DNA of 64,000 nucleotides from Escherichia coli (GTDB lineage Bacteria; Pseudomonadota; Gammaproteobacteria; Enterobacterales; Enterobacteriaceae): NCBI RefSeq assembly GCF_017348835.2, contig NZ_CP071375.1; one strand, 5' to 3'. Shown piece by piece: positions 56,111 to 64,000 of this stretch (position 1 is its first letter; each line of letters starts with the position of its first letter). The notes under the pieces were generated by a model. It saw only the letters and a program-made list of their open reading frames with translations, ran no database searches and was not told where the DNA came from. The position numbers and the translations under genes were made by a program.

Positions 56111-57040
56111 ATGACCGAATCAACAACCTCCTCCCCGCATGATGCAGTATTTAAAACCTTTATGTTCACACCCGAAACCGCACGGGATTTTCTCGAAATA
56201 CATTTACCAGAACCACTGCGCAAGCTTTGCAACCTGCAAACCTTACGCCTGGAACCCACTAGTTTTATTGAAAAAAGTTTACGCGCTTACTACTCGGATG
56301 TTTTGTGGTCCGTGGAAACCAGCGACGGTGACGGCTATATCTACTGCGTGATTGAACATCAAAGCTCTGCAGAAAAGAATATGGCTTTTCGGCTAATGCG
56401 CTATGCCACTGCCGCCATGCAGCGTCACCTGGACAAAGGCTATGACAGAGTCCCGCTGGTGGTGCCGTTGCTGTTTTATCATGGCGAAACCTCGCCCTAC
56501 CCGTACTCACTCAACTGGCTGGATGAGTTTGACGGTCCGCAACTTGCCCGGCAGTTGTACACCGAAGCTTTTCCGTTGGTGGATATCACCATCGTACCTG
56601 ACGATGAGATCATGCAACATCGGCGTATAGCTCTGCTTGAACTGATTCAAAAGCATATTCGCGACCGCGATTTAATCGGTATGGTCGACAGGATCACCAC
56701 GCTTTTGGTTAGAGGCTTCACTAATGACAGCCAGCTACAAACACTGTTTAATTATCTGCTGCAATGCGGCGATACCTCCCGTTTCACCCGTTTTATTCAG
56801 GAGATTGCCGAACGTTCACCACTACAAAAGGAGAGATTAATGACTATTGCTGAACGGCTGAGGCAGGAAGGGCATCAAATTGGCTGGCAGGAAGGTAAAT
56901 TAGAAGGTTTGCAGCAAGGCATGCATGAACAAGCCATTAAAATTGCCTTGCGCATGCTGGAGCAGGGTATCGATCTTGACCTGGTGCTGGCAACAACCCA
57001 GCTAACCGAGGCCGATCTCGCTCCATTAAGCCTGCAATGA
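56111..57040 (+). CDS. yfaD: Rpn-family (PD-(D/E)XK, transposase_31-like) recombination-promoting nuclease
   Basis: 309 aa, [33 protein letters not shown]...; position after glpC as in K-12. Confidence 0.75.
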   Translation: MTESTTSSPHDAVFKTFMFTPETARDFLEIHLPEPLRKLCNLQTLRLEPTSFIEKSLRAYYSDVLWSVETSDGDGYIYCVIEHQSSAEKNMAFRLMRYATAAMQRHLDKGYDRVPLVVPLLFYHGETSPYPYSLNWLDEFDGPQLARQLYTEAFPLVDITIVPDDEIMQHRRIALLELIQKHIRDRDLIGMVDRITTLLVRGFTNDSQLQTLFNYLLQCGDTSRFTRFIQEIAERSPLQKERLMTIAERLRQEGHQIGWQEGKLEGLQQGMHEQAIKIALRMLEQGIDLDLVLATTQLTEADLAPLSLQ

Positions 57041-57086
57041 ATGCGACAACGTGCCGGGTAAAAGCCTTCTCCCCGGCGCGCCTCTT

Positions 57087-58298
57087 TCATGCCCCCTGTG
57101 GCGACAGCATCAACGACTCAACAACCTCAATCCAGCCATGCTCACTGGCAATGTCCTGGCCGTTTAACCAACGGCGTAGCATATTCAGTGCCATCATTGC
57201 GCACACTTCCTGACGGATAGCCAGGCTATAGCGTGTAGTGCTGAAACGCACACGCAGAGCGAAAGTGCCATCTGGCGTGGCTAGCGCAAAGTTGAGATGC
57301 TCGTTCTCGAAACCCGAAACAGCCAGTGCCAGCCCGGCAAAATGGTTGGCCCGCCGTTCTGTAATCCAGTGCGCAGTTTGCGCCAGGGTTTCTTCCTGTG
57401 AAGGAACCACTTCACACGCCAGCAATGGAGCACCTGCGCGAGAAAGTTGCAAAGCCAATAAACCACCGGTGAATTGCTCGCTCAACGTCAGGCTGAACTG
57501 GCGGTTTTGCAATTCGCGACTGATTTGCGCGGGCAGTCCTTCGGTGCCTTCGAAAATCACGCTCTGTCCGGCAACACGTTTAACGTCCAGCCACAGTTTT
57601 TCCATCGCCTGTTGCTCGCTTGCCGGTCCGGTGAGTTTCAGTTCGATGATCGGCATTGAGGAGCGATAGCCCATTGTTACGCCCGGCGGCAGTTGTAGAG
57701 TGTCCAGGCTTTGTGCCAGATCGCTTTCCGAACGACCAAAGGTAGTCAAACGCAGGCAAACCGGCGGCTGTGGTAAAGAAAAACGCTCGCGCAGGCGCGG
57801 CAGGATTTCGTGCTCGACCATCACCTTAAATTCTGACGGTACGCCGGGGGTAAAGAACATCAGGCAACGATTAAGCTGCACGGCAAAACCACAGGCGGTG
57901 CCTACCGGGTTATTGATAAATTCAGCACTGGCAGGAAGCTCCGCTTGTTTACGGTTGCTCGGTGCCATTACTCGTCCACGTTCGTGGAAATAGCGTTCCA
58001 TCTCTTTGAGCCAGGCTTCATGCAACACCAGGCCTTCACCTTTTGCTGTCGCAGCGGCGAGTGCGCTTAAATCATCGCTGGTCGGTCCCAGCCCGCCGTT
58101 AACGATCAGCACATCGGCGTGCTGACTACGTTCGCGAAGAATGGTGACTAAGTCATCAAGGTTATCCCCCACCGTATTGCGGCGAGATAATGGCAACCCC
58201 TGATGAAAGAAAAAATCGGCCAGCCAGGCAGCGTTAGTGTCAACGATTTGCCCGTGTAACACTTCATCCCCGGTGGATAGCATTTCCACTTTTAACAT
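57087..58298 (-). CDS. yfaY: CinA-like competence/damage-inducible protein (NMN amidohydrolase family)
   Basis: 403 aa, MLKVEMLSTGDEVLHGQIVDTNAAWLADFF... (MoCF-binding domain) plus CinA C-terminal domain. Confidence 0.8.
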   Translation of the reverse strand: MLKVEMLSTGDEVLHGQIVDTNAAWLADFFFHQGLPLSRRNTVGDNLDDLVTILRERSQHADVLIVNGGLGPTSDDLSALAAATAKGEGLVLHEAWLKEMERYFHERGRVMAPSNRKQAELPASAEFINNPVGTACGFAVQLNRCLMFFTPGVPSEFKVMVEHEILPRLRERFSLPQPPVCLRLTTFGRSESDLAQSLDTLQLPPGVTMGYRSSMPIIELKLTGPASEQQAMEKLWLDVKRVAGQSVIFEGTEGLPAQISRELQNRQFSLTLSEQFTGGLLALQLSRAGAPLLACEVVPSQEETLAQTAHWITERRANHFAGLALAVSGFENEHLNFALATPDGTFALRVRFSTTRYSLAIRQEVCAMMALNMLRRWLNGQDIASEHGWIEVVESLMLSPQGA

Positions 58299-58397
58299 GG
58301 TTATCTCCTGCTTTTGTTATCGAATCACTATAACGCAAAGGGAGATAAGGCGTAGTAAGAAACTGAATGGCGCGGCAGAATGCCGCGCCGGAAGGGA

Positions 58398-58940
58398 TCA
58401 GAAACTGGCGTTAACCCCAACATACGGGCCGTCAGCCACGGCGTTGTCGCGGTTGCCGTCTTTACCCGACAGATTCAGGTAGCGATAACCCGCCTCAATA
58501 CTGACTGGACGCATAATGGTGTAACGCGCGCCAGCATTCGCTTCCTCATAACTTTGAATACCGCTGGAGAGCGAATCCGGAGAGTAGTAATACTCGCCAA
58601 ACAAACGGAAGCTGTTGCCAATTTTCCACTGCAAACCACCTCCTACCGCTGCGGCATAACCTTCATCGCCGTAATTCGGGTTGGTGTAAACGCCTTTTCC
58701 GCCAACGGTCGCCATTAACGGCCCGAGAGGCAGATTCAACCCCAGCCCCACGCCCGCGACGTCACCGTCGTCGTCGTTATGTGTCCAGTTACCGCTTAAA
58801 GCCAGGCCCGTCGATTCAGTCCCAAAACCGACACCAATATTGGTGTATTCTTTACCCGCCTGGCCGCTGATGCTCATTGCATTGACCGATGCAGAAACCA
58901 ACAGCATTCCGGCCAGACCTGCTAGCGCAATTTTTTTCAT
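58398..58940 (-). CDS. yfaZ: Outer-membrane beta-barrel protein YfaZ
   Basis: 180 aa from MKKIALAGLAGMLLVSASVNA (signal peptide); C-terminal aromatic residue. Confidence 0.8.
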   Translation of the reverse strand: MKKIALAGLAGMLLVSASVNAMSISGQAGKEYTNIGVGFGTESTGLALSGNWTHNDDDGDVAGVGLGLNLPLGPLMATVGGKGVYTNPNYGDEGYAAAVGGGLQWKIGNSFRLFGEYYYSPDSLSSGIQSYEEANAGARYTIMRPVSIEAGYRYLNLSGKDGNRDNAVADGPYVGVNASF

Positions 58941-59218
58941 TATCCCCTTTCCCACAAGCAATTAATCAAAATTCCCAAAGCTGCGGGATTGTACTGCCTA
59001 GCGCAGAGGATTCAATGAGCGAAAAAAGGGATCTAGTCACTTATTGTAACTAAATACTTCTTAAATAATTAAACGCCGAAAAAATAAACACAGTTTACCG
59101 ATACACACAAAAATAATAATAAGTGCAGTTATCATCGCAAAAGAGATTACTGTCACTTTCACATATTTCTGAGTTACCGTATTCTCATGGTTTCTTTTTA
59201 TTTATAAGGAATACCCCT

Positions 59219-59644
59219 GTGCGACAACGGACTATTGTATGCCCTTTGATTCAAAATGATGGTGCTTATTTGCTGTGTAAAATGGCCGACGATCGCGGCG
59301 TTTTCCCCGGTCAATGGGCGCTTTCGGGTGGCGGCGTGGAGCCCGGCGAACGAATTGAAGAGGCACTACGCCGCGAAATTCGCGAAGAACTGGGAGAACA
59401 GCTGCTTTTGACAGAAATCACGCCGTGGACCTTCAGCGATGATATTCGCACCAAGACGTATGCAGATGGTCGCAAGGAAGAGATTTATATGATTTACCTG
59501 ATTTTTGACTGCGTTTCTGCCAACCGAGAAGTGAAAATAAACGAAGAGTTTCAGGACTACGCGAGGGTAAAACCTGAAGATCTGGTGCATTATGATTTGA
59601 ATGTTGCCACCCGAAAAACGTTACGTTTGAAAGGTCTTCTTTAA
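59219..59644 (+). CDS. nudI: Nudix pyrimidine deoxynucleoside triphosphate diphosphatase (141 aa, probable GTG start)
   Basis: Nudix box [31 protein letters not shown]; the track ORF is over-extended upstream. Confidence 0.8.
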   Translation: MRQRTIVCPLIQNDGAYLLCKMADDRGVFPGQWALSGGGVEPGERIEEALRREIREELGEQLLLTEITPWTFSDDIRTKTYADGRKEEIYMIYLIFDCVSANREVKINEEFQDYARVKPEDLVHYDLNVATRKTLRLKGLL

Positions 59645-59682
59645 CAATGATGACAGCCATCACTGGCTGTCAGATTGAAAAT

Positions 59683-60285
59683 TTAGTGGTTAACGAATTC
59701 CCCATCCAGATAAACTTTGCCTTTTTCCACATGCATGACTAAACCATCCAGATAATCAGGTTTAAATGTCGCATCACGCTTATCTTTAGCAATATATGTC
59801 AGGCAATGATTATGGGTGAAAATAACGATATTTTTATCAGGCGCTTTGCTTTGTAAGTCCTTAATTGCACTATAAATCTCATTACCGCACTGAAGAAGTC
59901 GTTTATCTACCGTCAATTTTTTACCCGCTGAAAACCAGGTCGCCGACTGAATGGTCCGGACGGTATTACTGGAATAGAGATCGAAATCAGGGATATCAGC
60001 ACTAAAAGCGTTGCCCAGTTCTCGGGCATCCTGGGTACCTTTGACCGTAATACCTGTTTTATCTGACAAGCATTGATTGGTTGAACGATCGCAACGTTCA
60101 GCATGGCGAAACAAAACGACAACCGGGTGCTGCTGTGCCAGTCTGGCCAGTGTTTTATTGTCGATACGTGGCAAACCATTGCTACTCCAGGCAGCATGAG
60201 TACCCAGTCCGGCAATTGCAGCGAGCGCCAGTAAAATGATGAAATATTTTTTTGACTTCAACGAAGAGCGGCAAAAAGCTAACAC
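59683..60285 (-). CDS. ais: Histidine-phosphatase-family LPS core heptose(II)-phosphate phosphatase (200 aa, probable GTG start)
   Basis: RHAER motif in [12 protein letters not shown]; signal peptide; divergent from arnB. Confidence 0.8.
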   Translation of the reverse strand: MLAFCRSSLKSKKYFIILLALAAIAGLGTHAAWSSNGLPRIDNKTLARLAQQHPVVVLFRHAERCDRSTNQCLSDKTGITVKGTQDARELGNAFSADIPDFDLYSSNTVRTIQSATWFSAGKKLTVDKRLLQCGNEIYSAIKDLQSKAPDKNIVIFTHNHCLTYIAKDKRDATFKPDYLDGLVMHVEKGKVYLDGEFVNH

Positions 60286-60477
60286 GTAAACTCCACCTAT
60301 AGACAAGCGCAACCAGACAATTACCGTGAAATTGAGCGACATTTCTGGCGATAATTAGCAGTTGGTGTAATATTAAAAATCCTGCGATGCCGGCAAAATG
60401 CCTCAAAATTTTGCCAAATGCAAAGCCTAAATAAGAAAAAATATAAAAATTTCAATATTTACGTCTAATATTAGTTT

Positions 60478-60494
60478 CTTAAGGTTAAGTTAAT
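60478..60494. promoter_or_regulatory. PmrA (BasR) box upstream of arnB
   Basis: cttaag-gttaa-gttaat fits the direct-repeat YTTAAK-N5-YTTAAK consensus, about 100 bp upstream of the arnB start. Confidence 0.55.
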
Positions 60495-60592
60495 ATTCTA
60501 TCCTTAAAATTTCGCTCCAAATGGCAAAATATACACAACACTCTTTATAGCAAATATAAGTGAACAGGTATTCAATGGCGGAAGGAAAAGCA

Positions 60593-61732
60593 ATGTCAGA
60601 ATTTTTGCCTTTTTCGCGACCAGCAATGGGCGTGGAGGAACTCGCTGCAGTTAAAGAGGTTCTCGAATCCGGTTGGATCACAACCGGTCCGAAGAATCAG
60701 GCGCTTGAGCAAGCCTTTTGCCAGTTGACGGGAAATCAGCATGCCATCGCGGTCAGTTCAGCCACCGCCGGAATGCATATCACGCTAATGGCGTTGGAAA
60801 TTGGCAAGGGCGATGAAGTGATTACGCCTTCCCTGACCTGGGTTTCAACCCTCAATATGATTTCCTTGTTGGGTGCAACGCCGGTAATGGTGGATGTCGA
60901 CCGCGATACGCTGATGGTCACGCCTGAAGCTATCGAGTCAGCCATTACGCCACGCACTAAAGCCATCATTCCGGTGCATTATGCCGGTGCGCCAGCAGAT
61001 ATTGACGCCATTCGCGCCATTGGCGAACGTTACGGCATCGCAGTTATCGAAGATGCTGCCCATGCCGTAGGTACGTATTACAAAGGGCGACATATTGGCG
61101 CAAAAGGTACCGCTATTTTTTCATTTCATGCCATTAAAAATATTACCTGTGCTGAAGGTGGCCTGATTGTAACTGATAATGAAAACCTTGCCCGCCAGCT
61201 ACGGATGCTGAAATTTCACGGTCTGGGTGTCGATGCCTATGACAGACAAACCTGGGGCCGTGTACCGCAGGCTGAAGTCTTAACGCCGGGCTATAAGTAC
61301 AATCTGACCGATATTAACGCCGCGATTGCCCTGACACAGTTAGTCAAATTAGAGCACCTCAACACCCGTCGGCGCGAAATTGCCCAGCAATATCAGCAAG
61401 CACTGGCAGCTCTCCCCTTTCAGCCATTAAGCCTTCCCGCCTGGCCGCACGTTCACGCCTGGCATCTGTTTATTATTCGTGTCGATGAACAACGTTGTGG
61501 TATCAGTCGCGATGCGTTGATGGAAGCGTTAAAAGAAAGAGGTATTGGTACCGGGTTACATTTCCGCGCCGCTCACACACAAAAATATTATCGCGAGCGT
61601 TTTCCCACGCTGTCGTTACCGAATAGCGAATGGAATAGCGAACGCATCTGTTCGTTGCCGCTGTTCCCGGATATGACCACCGCCGATGCCGACCGCGTCA
61701 TCACAGCCCTTCAGCAACTCGCAGGACAATAA
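60593..61732 (+). CDS. arnB: UDP-4-amino-4-deoxy-L-arabinose aminotransferase (alternative starts at 60575 and 60560)
   Basis: [35 protein letters not shown]...; DegT/AHBA-synthase family; RBS before 60593. Confidence 0.93.
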   Translation: MSEFLPFSRPAMGVEELAAVKEVLESGWITTGPKNQALEQAFCQLTGNQHAIAVSSATAGMHITLMALEIGKGDEVITPSLTWVSTLNMISLLGATPVMVDVDRDTLMVTPEAIESAITPRTKAIIPVHYAGAPADIDAIRAIGERYGIAVIEDAAHAVGTYYKGRHIGAKGTAIFSFHAIKNITCAEGGLIVTDNENLARQLRMLKFHGLGVDAYDRQTWGRVPQAEVLTPGYKYNLTDINAAIALTQLVKLEHLNTRRREIAQQYQQALAALPFQPLSLPAWPHVHAWHLFIIRVDEQRCGISRDALMEALKERGIGTGLHFRAAHTQKYYRERFPTLSLPNSEWNSERICSLPLFPDMTTADADRVITALQQLAGQ

Positions 61733-62703
<971 letters not shown>

Positions 62704-62704
<1 letters not shown>

Positions 62705-64000
62705 TGAAAACCGTCGTTTTTGCCTACCACGATATGGGATGCCTCGGTATTGAAGCCCTGCTGGCTACCGGTTACGAAATTAGCGCCATTTTTACCCATA
62801 CTGATAATCCCGGTGAAAAAGCCTTTTATGGTTCGGTGGCTCGTCTGGCAGCGGAAAGAGGCATTCCGGTTTATGCGCCGGATAACGTTAATCATCCGCT
62901 GTGGGTGGAACGCATTGCCCAACTATCACCAGAGGTGATTTTCTCTTTTTATTATCGCCATCTTATTTGCGACGAAATTTTGCAGCTCGCTCCCGCAGGT
63001 GCATTTAATCTGCATGGTTCGCTGTTACCAAAATATCGTGGTCGCGCGCCGCTGAACTGGGTGCTGGTCAACGGTGAAACGGAAACTGGCGTTACATTGC
63101 ACCGAATGGTGAAACGTGCCGATGCCGGGGCCATTGTGGCGCAACTGCGCATTGCCATTGCGCCAGACGATATCGCTATTACGCTGCATCATAAATTGTG
63201 CCATGCCGCGCGCCAGCTACTGGAACAGACATTACCCGCCATTAAACACGGTAATATTCTGGAAATCGCCCAACGCGAGAACGAAGCCACCTGTTTTGGT
63301 CGCAGAACACCAGAAGATAGCTTCCTCGAGTGGCACAAACCGGCAGCCGTATTGCATAACATGGTCCGCGCCGTTGCCGATCCGTGGCCGGGTGCCTTCA
63401 GCTATGCTGGCAATCAGAAATTCACCGTCTGGTCGTCACGCGTACATCCTCATACATCCGCAGCGCAGCCGGGGAGCGTGATTTCTGTTGCGCCACTGCT
63501 GATTGCCTGTGGCGATGGCGCGCTGGAAATCGTCACCGGACAGGCGGGCGACGGCATTACTATGCAGGGCTCGCAATTAGCGCAGACGCTGGGCCTGGTG
63601 CAAGGTTCACGCTTGAATAGCCAGCCTGCCTGTGCCGCCCGACGCCGTACCCGGGTACTCATCCTCGGGGTGAATGGCTTTATTGGCAACCATCTGACAG
63701 AACGCCTGCTGCGCGAAGATCATTATGAAGTTTACGGTCTGGATATTGGCAGCGATGCGATAAGCCGTTTTCTGAATCATCCGCATTTTCACTTTGTCGA
63801 AGGCGATATCAGTATTCATTCCGAATGGATTGAGTATCACGTCAAAAAATGTGATGTCGTCTTGCCGCTGGTGGCGATAGCCACGCCGATTGAATATACC
63901 CGCAACCCGCTGCGCGTATTTGAACTCGATTTTGAAGAGAATCTGCGCATTATCCGCTACTGCGTGAAGTACCGTAAGCGAATCATCTTCCCGTCAACTT
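62704..64000 (+). CDS. arnA: Bifunctional UDP-glucuronate decarboxylase / UDP-Ara4N formyltransferase, 5' part only (runs off the window end)
   Basis: ATG overlapping the arnC stop; frame reads [20 protein letters not shown]... with the formyltransferase domain then a Rossmann motif ([13 protein letters not shown]); no stop before position 64000. Confidence 0.9.

Overview
Escherichia coli-type chromosomal segment, syntenic with the K-12 region rcsC - atoSC - atoDAEB - yfaPQSTA - gyrA - ubiG - yfaL - nrdAB - yfaE - inaA - glpQT/glpABC - yfaD - yfaY - yfaZ - nudI - ais - arnBCA. All calls rest on reading the supplied ORF translations and the sequence by eye; no searches were run, and gene identities are recognition from memory. 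Non-CDS coordinates can be off by 1-2 bp. Superimposed on the conserved backbone: (1) a ~13.8 kb degraded lambdoid prophage (about 16179-30027) inserted into the 3' end of yfaT and bounded by an 11-bp direct repeat. It carries type III secretion (T3SS) effector genes (nleA, an nleG-like gene), an orphan AT-rich 590-aa gene with an NleA-like N-terminal motif, an HNH/AP2 homing-endonuclease gene inserted into the 5' end of ninG, Q, two small membrane-protein genes in the position where Stx phages carry stx, an S21-type pinholin, and truncated endolysin, lom and tail-fibre genes. (2) An internal deletion fusing atoS out of frame to the 3' third of atoC, while the atoDAEB operon, its sigma54 promoter and the AtoC enhancer palindrome are intact. 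(3) A frameshifted yfaS. (4) An intact MFS transporter / LysR regulator pair plus an AT-rich orphan gene between inaA and glpQ. (5) yfaD directly abutting yfaY, with no rhamnonate (rhm) locus between them. No rRNA, tRNA or CRISPR array was seen. The best candidates for something undescribed are the orphan 590-aa gene, the membrane-protein pair downstream of Q, and the orphan gene next to glpQ.
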